Assembly: GCA_902779455.1 (NCBI GenBank)
Contig: CACZBS010000015.1
Location: 26,700-90,699, forward strand
From: an uncultured Prevotellaceae bacterium
GTDB taxonomy: Bacteria > Bacteroidota > Bacteroidia > Bacteroidales > Bacteroidaceae
Length of the DNA stretch: 64,000 nt
Reading direction: 5' to 3'
In this document: positions 52,557-60,214 of the stretch, in pieces
Numbering within the stretch: the first letter of the stretch is position 1
Layout: every line of letters starts with the position of its first letter
Translations under genes and position numbers: made by a program
Notes under the pieces: model-generated
The model's input: only the letters and a program-made list of their open reading frames with translations
What the model was told of the DNA's origin: nothing
Database searches by the model: none

Positions 52557-52997
52557 TTAGCGGAGTATCTTTCGGATGACGCCAACTTTACGCTTACCTG
52601 GACTCCAAGGATCGTTGGCGTAGTGGAGCCATACGCTTTCCGAGCCGATGTCGCCCTCAATGTAGAGCTCGTCGAAGTCGGGACACAGGCGGGCCAGCGT
52701 GGCCATCTTGCGGCAGGCGTCGTCAAGGTTGCAACACTTGATGTCGACGGCGCAGCCTTGCAGGTGATAACTCGTCGGGGAGCCGCCGACGGCTTTATTA
52801 ACCTCCTTCGACCTATAGCCGCTGTTGATGACAATAGGCTCACCTCCCAGCGCGAAGCGGAGCTTCTCGAGGGTTTCTGCTATCTCAACGAGATTATTTA
52901 TGACTACGGCTGGTGGCGCGTTATTGACGTTCTTAACGTTCGTGACACAAAGCTCCTTCAGACTGAAATGTTCAGTCAATTTTAAATGCTTAATCAT
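52557..52997 (-). CDS. Peptidase M15A (D-Ala-D-Ala carboxypeptidase/endolysin-like)
   Basis: LTEHFSLKEL, INSGYRSKEVNKAVGGSPTSYHLQGCAVDI and WLH motifs. Confidence 0.92.
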   Translation of the reverse strand: MIKHLKLTEHFSLKELCVTNVKNVNNAPPAVVINNLVEIAETLEKLRFALGGEPIVINSGYRSKEVNKAVGGSPTSYHLQGCAVDIKCCNLDDACRKMATLARLCPDFDELYIEGDIGSESVWLHYANDPWSPGKRKVGVIRKILR

Positions 52998-55570
52998 AGT
53001 GTGAGTACTTTTTTGATTTTCTTATACTTACGGTCTTTGGGGGCGGTGATGATTCCGTCACTGACCCATCGTCTGCAGGTTTGTCCGGCATTGTTCAGGG
53101 TTTTCAATCCCAGTATCTGCATGACATCCTCGGTCGTGAACTCCATCGGCAGCTGATTGTAGGCTTCGCGCACTTTCGTCGAGCGTCGCCGAGGTTCGAA
53201 ATCCTGCGTCTGAGCGTCGAGAGCATCCATGACCATTTGCCCAAAAAAGTGCATCTGCGACATGAGACAGAAGTCGCCGATGAGCCGGGCAAACTCGAGG
53301 TCGCTGTCGTCGCAGACTAGGTCGTCGCCCTTGATGGCGGCATCGAGCTGTCGCATGACCATGCGCACCAGCGCATAGCGCATCATGATGATCGGGATGC
53401 GCTTGCGGAAGTAGTCGAGGCATCGGTCTTGTTCCAGTCGGGCCTGCTCGGTCAGTTCGGCCTCGTATTTGTAGCAGTAGTCCACAAGCCGCTCAACGCC
53501 CTTGCCGCTGAGCTCGCCGCAGACTTGCTCGAGCCGCAAGCCGAGCGACCGCAGGTAGCACTCGCGATCGTGGTCGCGGACGACGCGGCGGCGGTCAATC
53601 ATGGCGTAGTCGTTGCTAGGCATGGGGAAGATGCAGAGGCGGGTGACGAGACCATCAAGCACCGTCGAAGGTCGGATCTTGCGGCGCAGGGCGTCGGGCG
53701 TGCCCGTGATGACCTGATTCCAATTCACCTGGATAATGCCATTTACCGACGCGTCGTTCGCATAGTCCACGCCGGCCAGCTCATCTTGAAAACTTTTGCA
53801 CTCGAGGTCGAGTTTGCCTGCCCAAGAGCCCGTCTGCGCCCGCAGGGCCGTGGCCAGCTCGGGCTCAAAAGTGTAGCAATGGAGATGGAGCGTTTGCCCG
53901 TCGGCGTCCTGATGCTGGTCGTCGATCGCATCCGTCAGACGGCGGTAGAGCATCGCGTTACTGATGGTGGACGGCACGTAGCGGATGACGGGGTGCTTCT
54001 GCTCGGGCGCCTCGCTGCGGGCGTTCTTGCTGGAGGCTGCGCGTTTCTTCATGTCCTCCTTGTACTGGCGTTCCCACTCGCGGCCGACGTTGTCGGCGGC
54101 TCGCATGGGCGCCATCAGAAGTTTGTCCATCTGCACGGCAAACGACTTACCGGAGGCGGCGTCACCGATGATGTAGACGAGGTACGAGAGCCGATAATCC
54201 TTGCCGTCGAAGTGAGGCCACCAGCAGCGGGTCAGGTACGTGCCCATCATCGCGCCGGCAGCTAAGACGCCAGCGAGCTTGTGCTGTGGCGGGAGATCGG
54301 CCACAGCTTCTCTGAAACCCGGGGCTTCGACCAGAAGAGGCTCCAGTCGCTTGGTCCAGGCGTCGTAGTCGATCGCAGCCACTCGAGCAGTTTCAGCGTC
54401 TGACGGCGCGTCATCATGCTGTACACCAGCAAGCTGTAGGACACGTTGCAGTCGTTTGGGGATAGACCTGTAGAGGGGTTTAAGACAAGCGTCACTTGCA
54501 ATTCGGTTGAGCTCGGACTGCCCTCGTTCGTTGACAATTTCTTGACCCACCGGCAGCTGCGCAAGGACCCGCGACAGTAGACCCGGGTCGTCATCGGCGA
54601 TATAGCGCAGGTCGCAAGCCAGCTGGAACAAGCTGCGATGACGGTCTCCTGCCTTTGGCATGCCGCCCTGAACGCTTTTGAACCATTCTTCTGCAATTCG
54701 CTCATAGCTGACATCGTGGTAGGTTAGAGTTTCATCAGGTTCAGGCTGTCCAGCCAGCAGCGCAGTTCCGTCTCGGCGTTGTACAGGGTTGTTGCCATTA
54801 TGTCCACCAGCAGTCTGAGAAGATCGACTATCACACTTAACGCTGCGACGATCACTCGCAAAAAGGTCACCAATGGCAGCACTATGCCCGCCGCGATAGA
54901 TTTCATTGTATTTTTGAGCAAATTCTTCATTGTGGTAATTAAATATGTCTCTGTCAATAAAAACTAAATCATCGAATCCGGGGCAGAACGACAGGCGCGA
55001 GGCGTCTTTGCACGACTCGTCCATCGTCATGCCGAGTTGAGAGGCCAGCCAGTGCTGGTTGTCGGCGATATTGCCGACCGCGGGGTCGGCCTTACCCACG
55101 AGGCGCAGTCCGAAGCCGGAGCTCGTCACGTGGATGAGCATCAGGCGCAGCTCGTCGGCACGGACCTTGATGGCCTTAGCCGTCTCCTTGACGTCTCCCT
55201 CGAGGTGGTCGAGGTCGAGCATATAAAGGCCGTTGAGCTGTGTGGCCGACTGCTTGCGCCATGCCCCGAGAATGCCAGTCTTCGACTTGGTGTCGTCGAA
55301 CGTGGCTTGGAAGATGTAGCAGGGCAGCTGGCGTTTCAGGCGGTCGGCCTCCTTGATGCAGCGCTTGCGCTCTGCCTCGAGGTCGGCGTTCATTGGCTCC
55401 GCGGGGTCGGGATTGGCCGCGATGAGCGCAGCAGCATCAGCGGCCTTTCGGCGCCACTCGCGGATTTCGCGGATGCGGCGGTTGACGCCGTCGTCAATGA
55501 GCAGCTGCTCAAAGAGACGGCTGGTTACTACTTGCGTAGGAGTGAAGAAATTGGATTGATAGCAAAACAT
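52994..55570 (-). CDS. BT4734/VirE-N-type primase fused to a DUF3987-like NTPase/helicase domain
   Basis: KRQLP, LYMLDLDHL, HVTSSGFGLR and CKDASRLSF (VirE_N/BT4734-type AEP); GDRHRSLFQLACDL (PriCT-like); Walker A IGDAASGKS; winged-helix-like tail. Confidence 0.82.
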   Translation of the reverse strand: MFCYQSNFFTPTQVVTSRLFEQLLIDDGVNRRIREIREWRRKAADAAALIAANPDPAEPMNADLEAERKRCIKEADRLKRQLPCYIFQATFDDTKSKTGILGAWRKQSATQLNGLYMLDLDHLEGDVKETAKAIKVRADELRLMLIHVTSSGFGLRLVGKADPAVGNIADNQHWLASQLGMTMDESCKDASRLSFCPGFDDLVFIDRDIFNYHNEEFAQKYNEIYRGGHSAAIGDLFASDRRSVKCDSRSSQTAGGHNGNNPVQRRDGTALLAGQPEPDETLTYHDVSYERIAEEWFKSVQGGMPKAGDRHRSLFQLACDLRYIADDDPGLLSRVLAQLPVGQEIVNERGQSELNRIASDACLKPLYRSIPKRLQRVLQLAGVQHDDAPSDAETARVAAIDYDAWTKRLEPLLVEAPGFREAVADLPPQHKLAGVLAAGAMMGTYLTRCWWPHFDGKDYRLSYLVYIIGDAASGKSFAVQMDKLLMAPMRAADNVGREWERQYKEDMKKRAASSKNARSEAPEQKHPVIRYVPSTISNAMLYRRLTDAIDDQHQDADGQTLHLHCYTFEPELATALRAQTGSWAGKLDLECKSFQDELAGVDYANDASVNGIIQVNWNQVITGTPDALRRKIRPSTVLDGLVTRLCIFPMPSNDYAMIDRRRVVRDHDRECYLRSLGLRLEQVCGELSGKGVERLVDYCYKYEAELTEQARLEQDRCLDYFRKRIPIIMMRYALVRMVMRQLDAAIKGDDLVCDDSDLEFARLIGDFCLMSQMHFFGQMVMDALDAQTQDFEPRRRSTKVREAYNQLPMEFTTEDVMQILGLKTLNNAGQTCRRWVSDGIITAPKDRKYKKIKKVLTL
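54724..54930 (-). CDS. Putative nested 68-aa membrane protein in the +1 frame of the primase linker
   Basis: MKNLLKNTMKSIAAGIVLPLVTFLRVIVAALSVIVDLLRLLVDIMATTLYNAETELRCWLDSLNLMKL*. Codons are host-like (ctg, tac, aac, gcc) in this frame while the primase frame becomes T3-rich. Confidence 0.55.
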   Translation of the reverse strand: MKNLLKNTMKSIAAGIVLPLVTFLRVIVAALSVIVDLLRLLVDIMATTLYNAETELRCWLDSLNLMKL

Positions 55571-56022
55571 TGATTAATCTCCTGCATTATTTGCATCATT
55601 CGTTTTTGATAGTTCGGATAGACAGTGATGTCGATTAAAAAGTTGACACCGATGACTTTCTGCGTCTTGTTAAGACGGACATCGACGTCTTGCTTGTGCA
55701 GAAGCACCGCTCCGACGGGCTTGCGGGGCTCCCGTGTCGCGAGCACAGCGGCGCATCGTTCCAACGATTGCTGCATTTCGGCGTAGGGATCGGGCGCGTC
55801 GGCATCGCAGACGAGGTGGGCCACGATCTTCCGGTCCTTCTTGCCGGTGGTGCGGTAGACCTTCGACGCACCGGATTTCTTGATGAGCTCCTGCATGGGC
55901 TCACCGGCCTGTTGCGGTCGGAACTCCATCGTGTCGTCCTCAGCGACCGACATGGTGCCGCGGATTTTGCGAGGCCACTTCTCTTCGGGAGTGGCCTGCG
56001 CGGATTTCACTTGCTCTTCCAT
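55528..56022 (-). CDS. Hypothetical protein upstream of the primase
   Basis: 164 aa, host-like GC3, overlaps both neighbouring genes as in an operon. Confidence 0.75.
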   Translation of the reverse strand: MEEQVKSAQATPEEKWPRKIRGTMSVAEDDTMEFRPQQAGEPMQELIKKSGASKVYRTTGKKDRKIVAHLVCDADAPDPYAEMQQSLERCAAVLATREPRKPVGAVLLHKQDVDVRLNKTQKVIGVNFLIDITVYPNYQKRMMQIMQEINQCFAINPISSLLRK

Positions 56023-56303
56023 ATCGGTGCAATGCGGTCAACGTAAACGATGGTATCGTAGCGCTTCTCGCCTGCCTGTGTTTCCCATTCGCGGGCCTGC
56101 GCAGACAGCTCTACGCGCACATAGTCGCCGACGGCATAGTTAGGAGCCCGGCGGGCGCGGTCGCCCGTCAGGAGGGCATTGACGGAGTTCAGTCCGTCGG
56201 TCAGTTTGACGACGCGCTCGGCGAACGTCTGCGGCTGCCCGTTTCGGTCGGTGTACTGCCGCTCATTGCACGGGCCGACCATTTCTACAAATGCTTGTTT
56301 CAT
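56007..56303 (-). CDS. DUF3127-like small OB-fold (SSB-like) protein
   Basis: RQYTDRNG...ERVVKL...VGDYVRVELSAQAREW...RY pattern; promoter motif TACCTTTG near 56347-56354. Confidence 0.6.
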   Translation of the reverse strand: MKQAFVEMVGPCNERQYTDRNGQPQTFAERVVKLTDGLNSVNALLTGDRARRAPNYAVGDYVRVELSAQAREWETQAGEKRYDTIVYVDRIAPIWKSK

Positions 56304-56430
56304 ATTCCAGAGTTTTATTGTTTATACTTGTTGGTTCGAACCGTCGGCAAAGGTACGGACATTGCGGCAAAAAAAAAATGCCGTTGCAGCCTCCGTAACT
56401 GCACAGCATTTAACACTCTGGAATATGATT

Positions 56431-56862
56431 TTATAAGATTCTCGCTCGCAATATATCGCTAAACTCTGAATAGAAGCCAGCATTCAGCGCCTTTTGCATA
56501 TCTGCCCTCATATTGCGGCGGCCCCAAAACATCTCGAAGGGCTGCCAACGCCGCTCTGGAGGCAGTTTCAGCAAATGGCCTATATGGTCGGCCAGCATCG
56601 CTACACGTGCCCGAGACAGCTCCTGCGGCTGATTTTGTTCGTCGAGCCATCCGGCGGCGCGGGCTTGCGCGAAGATTGCTTCAGCCTGCTTCGTAGCAAG
56701 CGGACTGTCAGCGGGCAATTCTTTTGTGTGGCAGACGATGGAGTCGGCTCGAGAGATTTGTATACGCTCGTCGGGGGTATTGTAAACATTCACTTGCTCT
56801 ACTGCGCCGAAATTCTGTCCGATTGAACTGTTATTGTATTGATTTACTTTAACGCCCTGCAT
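56431..56862 (-). CDS. Hypothetical protein
   Basis: AGWLDEQNQP...LA..I...L...W.PFE.FW pattern; start reassigned to ATG 56862 to reduce the overlap. Confidence 0.65.
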   Translation of the reverse strand: MQGVKVNQYNNSSIGQNFGAVEQVNVYNTPDERIQISRADSIVCHTKELPADSPLATKQAEAIFAQARAAGWLDEQNQPQELSRARVAMLADHIGHLLKLPPERRWQPFEMFWGRRNMRADMQKALNAGFYSEFSDILRARIL

Positions 56863-57148
56863 ATAGATCACGTGATTTGATTGTTTCAGCGGCCGCAATG
56901 CTGGTGCCTACGGGCGCCTCAAAGTAATTGTTTACGTTGGTTGTCGTCTTACCAGCTGCCTGAGACAGCTGAGCCAAAGGCACGTGAGCATCATGGCACG
57001 TTGCGGTGAGTTCCTTGATGATCTGGGCAGCCTCCTGCAGGTCACGCTCCAGTCTGACTTTCTCAGCCCTGAGCACCTGCATCTCATCAGCCAGGGCCAT
57101 CCTGGCCAGTTCCCTCAGCTCCTCCACTGAGTTGATAGTAATCTGCAT
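56849..57148 (-). CDS. Hypothetical coiled-coil protein (99 aa)
   Basis: Heptad-rich LRAEKVRLERDLQEAAQIIKEL; AGGAGG 7 nt before the ATG. Confidence 0.75.
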   Translation of the reverse strand: MQITINSVEELRELARMALADEMQVLRAEKVRLERDLQEAAQIIKELTATCHDAHVPLAQLSQAAGKTTTNVNNYFEAPVGTSIAAAETIKSRDLYAGR

Positions 57149-57336
57149 TGGTTATCCTCCTTTTCTTTTTTGTTTTAATAAACATAATGATTTCAATTTT
57201 GTTTGGTGAAAAGACCGCTATCCTCACGGACAGCGGTCATTGGTAAAAAAACTAAATTTTAATTGTACAAATTACCTGGCGGCGACCCTCACGGGCGGCA
57301 CTCTGAGGCCAGTTTTCTTATTATCAGCAATGCTGA

Positions 57337-57495
57337 TTATTCTTCTTCGTCGTCCCAGAAGCCGCCGCGGTCACGGCTCAGCAACTTGCTCTCGTCGTCG
57401 GCTGTGCCGCTATATTTATCGATCGAGCCAGCCATCAGCGTCTGGGGCATCACGTTCAGCACCTCGGTGCTGGGAATCTGATATGTCTTTTTCAT
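57337..57495 (-). CDS. 52-aa MKKTYxxP-type small peptide
   Basis: Below the ORF-track cutoff. MKKTYQIPSTEVLNVMPQTLMAGSIDKYSGTADDESKLLSRDRGGFWDDEEE*; AGGAGG 8 nt upstream. Confidence 0.75.
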   Translation of the reverse strand: MKKTYQIPSTEVLNVMPQTLMAGSIDKYSGTADDESKLLSRDRGGFWDDEEE

Positions 57496-57516
57496 TGTTT
57501 TATCCTCCTATTTTTA

Positions 57517-59295
57517 TTACTTAATGACTTTCTTACCATTCACAATATAGAGGCCCTTCACAGGCTGAGCCACGCGACGGCCCTGCAGGTCGAAGACCTC
57601 ATTGTTCATTGTACATTTTTCATTGTACATTGTTTCGATGCCTGTCATCTCAGCGTCGCCGCCGAAGCTCAGGTACGAACGCGAGCCCGTCTTCGTGGTA
57701 GGAAGGTAGACGCGGCCAACAGCCAGAGGAGCTGCGCCTGTCCACTCGTAGAAGCCGACTCCCTCGTTACCGTTGTAGAGCACGTAGCTACCAGCGGGAG
57801 CGGGCTCGTTAGCGGTGACAACCTTCAGCAGGTTGCCTTCGATGTTGCTCGTCGTTCCTTCATAGTCAACGATGGGGAAGTTGAACGTGTCAGCATTTTT
57901 CAGTACAACAGGAGCACCTGCGGGAATAGTAGTCGTCACGTCAGCCGTCGTCACAGACTTCTCATTGATGGCGGTGACAATCATGGCCTGCACACCGTTA
58001 GGCACTTTTACTTCGTACTGAGGAACGAACGTTGCCATACCAGCGCTTGTAACTTCCTTGCTGATGCAGCCAGTAATCGTAATAGGACCTACACCTACGT
58101 TCGAGCCTTTATGGAATACCAAACGTACAAATCTATCAGTTTTAGCAAAAAATTTGGTTGTTGTTAAAGGCAGGATATCATTTTGCTCGCCGCTGATTTC
58201 GAGCGTTTCTAAAGTCGTAAAAGTCTCGCCATCAGCAGAGGCATTTACATCGATATACGATGTATTGGCTCCACCAATCATCTTAACGCCAATAGTAACA
58301 ATGCCTGGCTGCTCATTCGTCTTTATCTGAATGTAGTCACCATCACTGTCGAACTTGATATTGTAGGGTGAATGATCGACGGCATAATTAGATCCGAGTC
58401 CGTATGTTGATATGCCCAATCCAACAAGATCGGATTTATTACCGCCCTCCCATTCGAACGGCAGTGGGGCATAGTCTGGTACAAAAGCGGCTTGGGTGAT
58501 TGTGACGAGATCCGAGTATACCTCTTTGGCGTCGTTGTCTAAAGCGTATACCTTCAAGTAAGCCGTGCGGGCTTCTCCGTCATTGGCTTCGACAAGGTAG
58601 TTTACGTTGTTGTCGTCGTCAATTTCGGCAGTAATCCAGTCGTAGGTTTCTACCGTCGTGCCGTCAGAGGCGAAGAAAGCTACATTGGCAGCATCGTCGG
58701 AAATGTTATCATAGGTAACAGTAATGACACCTTCTTCGCCTTCGCAAGGCACGCTCACCTGAGTGCTACCAACAGTAACGGCCGGTTCTGTAGGAGCTGC
58801 TGTCGTGTATGTTACTTTTACACTTTTAACATAAAGGGCCTTTTGGGCTTGTGAAGGTTTCGTCACTGTTACAACGATTTCTCCAGAGGCAGAACCTACA
58901 AATGTGTAGTCTGTTGCAGTGGTAGTCAAAGATTGGGCAGCCCCGCCAAAAGCAGCCCCGCCAACCGTAATGTCTGCAGTTGCGGTAACCCCAGAAGCAG
59001 TGCTGGCATTCACCACGATTTGAGTAATTGTTCCCGAGATGCCGGAAGTACTAAGTTTGATGTATTGAACTGCAGCTTTACCTGTACCATAATGAATGCC
59101 TCTCTCGCTGTCGAAAGTAGATTCGCTTCCATCAGAAGTCACGGTCCATTTTACATTGTCGTCAGCAGTTCCGCTGCCGCCGCAAGCTGCTGTAAAATTT
59201 AACGTGCTGACTGCAGCATTGACTTTTAACAAATTCCCGCTTCCTATGATAGCCAGGAGCAGGAGCAATGTTTTGATGTGTAGATTTTTTAACAT
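57517..59295 (-). CDS. T9SS-secreted protein with BACON-like domain, lower GC
   Basis: Signal peptide; WITAEID...YLVEANDGEARTAYL (BACON-like); CTD TGIETM...EVFDLQGRRVAQPVKGLYIVNGKKVIK. Confidence 0.85.
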   Translation of the reverse strand: MLKNLHIKTLLLLLAIIGSGNLLKVNAAVSTLNFTAACGGSGTADDNVKWTVTSDGSESTFDSERGIHYGTGKAAVQYIKLSTSGISGTITQIVVNASTASGVTATADITVGGAAFGGAAQSLTTTATDYTFVGSASGEIVVTVTKPSQAQKALYVKSVKVTYTTAAPTEPAVTVGSTQVSVPCEGEEGVITVTYDNISDDAANVAFFASDGTTVETYDWITAEIDDDNNVNYLVEANDGEARTAYLKVYALDNDAKEVYSDLVTITQAAFVPDYAPLPFEWEGGNKSDLVGLGISTYGLGSNYAVDHSPYNIKFDSDGDYIQIKTNEQPGIVTIGVKMIGGANTSYIDVNASADGETFTTLETLEISGEQNDILPLTTTKFFAKTDRFVRLVFHKGSNVGVGPITITGCISKEVTSAGMATFVPQYEVKVPNGVQAMIVTAINEKSVTTADVTTTIPAGAPVVLKNADTFNFPIVDYEGTTSNIEGNLLKVVTANEPAPAGSYVLYNGNEGVGFYEWTGAAPLAVGRVYLPTTKTGSRSYLSFGGDAEMTGIETMYNEKCTMNNEVFDLQGRRVAQPVKGLYIVNGKKVIK

Positions 59296-59513
59296 AATGA
59301 TTAAATTATAAATTAATGGTTTGTATGTTCCTCATCTGTAGGCAGCGCAAAGGCATGCACGGGTGGGGTTGCGTCACGCGGGGCGCAAATCGGGTGCAAA
59401 GTTACAAAGACTTTCGGATATAACCAAGACATTGCCCAAAAATATTGGGGGGCCGCGTCTGTTAAAAGTTGTGTATTTTTAGTCCCGTTTGCGGCCCTCC
59501 CGGGAAAATATCG

Positions 59514-59521
59514 TATCTTTG
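59514..59521 (+). promoter_or_regulatory. -7 promoter element with no intact downstream ORF
   Basis: TATCTTTG, with a TTTG at 59488-59491; divergent from the minus-strand motif near 59397. Confidence 0.55.
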
Positions 59522-59524
59522 CAG

Positions 59525-59635
59525 CCGTGTGCCACAGAGGTTGCGATTCACTAGCACGCTCGCCCCGCCCTTCGGGGCGCATGCATCCGCGCAGGCGTCG
59601 CCTTTACAGTATACACCTGCGCGGACTTTCAACAA
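59525..59635 (+). ncRNA. Candidate structured RNA or leader
   Basis: Hairpins cgcccc/ggggcg and tccgcgcagg/cctgcgcgga immediately after the orphan promoter. Confidence 0.25.
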
Positions 59636-59693
59636 ATAAGCGCTAAAATCTCGCACTTCCATCATTTTGCCGATTTTATTGCGGAAAACGTGA

Positions 59694-59836
59694 AAATACG
59701 ACAATACGACAATACGACATTTTGTATAAAACGGACGTTGAATATAATATTATATAATAATATTATAAAATAATTCAATCTATGTCTATAATTATAAATG
59801 TCGTTTTGTCGTTTTGTCGTTTTCGTCTCGCGCTTC
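59694..59836. repeat. Inverted 8-mer triplets flanking an AT-rich core (includes the right direct repeat)
   Basis: (aatacgac)3 at 59694-59722, about 70 nt of nearly pure AT, then (tgtcgttt)3 + ctcgcgcttc at 59796-59836. Confidence 0.85.
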
Positions 59837-59839
59837 GTC

Positions 59840-60024
59840 GAGCCAATCAGGTCTATTCGCAAGGATATTACAATGAATTGGCCACTTTCGTGGAAGCCGC
59901 CCGACATCATGATCGCCACGTCATTTCGACTCTCGAAACAATAAAGGACACTTATCGGTTGATGGACAATCTGCAGTCTGGCTGGATCACCTTCCGGCGT
60001 GGCGAGGCCGAGCCGGACTGCTGA
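59840..60024 (+). pseudogene. Possible 3' gene remnant (resembles a Gfo/Idh/MocA oxidoreductase C-terminus)
   Basis: NQVYSQGYYNELATFVEAA...STLETIKDTYRLMDNL reads like a protein C-terminus, with no plausible start. The family assignment is from memory only. Confidence 0.3.
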
Positions 60025-60214
60025 AAGGACAGTCACGTCAAGTTTCGCTTGTACTAATTATCTGATAATGAGTGTCACTTCGTGACAGAAATCTAGCAAA
60101 TCTTTTCAAATCTTCCAAAGCAGATTTGTTTGATTTGTAGGCGACTAAAAATCAGGGCTTTCGCATGCTTGCGAAAGTTGAGCAGTCACGTCTCCTCTGC
60201 TGTCGGCCAAAGTC

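Larger units (their letters stand above)
51618..59836 (-). mobile_element. Putative integrase-less replication/lysis-like accessory element
   Basis: Co-oriented SSB-like, primase-helicase, M15 peptidase, HU-like and smalltalk genes plus lower-GC cargo; direct repeat at both ends; broken flanking genes. No integrase seen. Confidence 0.5.

Noticed and set aside
54262-54714. Second +1-frame ORF (150 aa) in the primase gene
   Set aside because: No good start, no host-like codon pattern in that frame and no protein-like features, unlike 54724-54930.
57263-57524. ORFs 57263-57481 and 57240-57524 on +
   Set aside because: Antisense to the better-supported 52-aa peptide gene, which has an SD and host-like codons.
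51618-59836. Intact prophage or ICE
   Set aside because: No integrase, terminase, capsid, tail, relaxase or T4SS genes; kept only as a putative accessory element.
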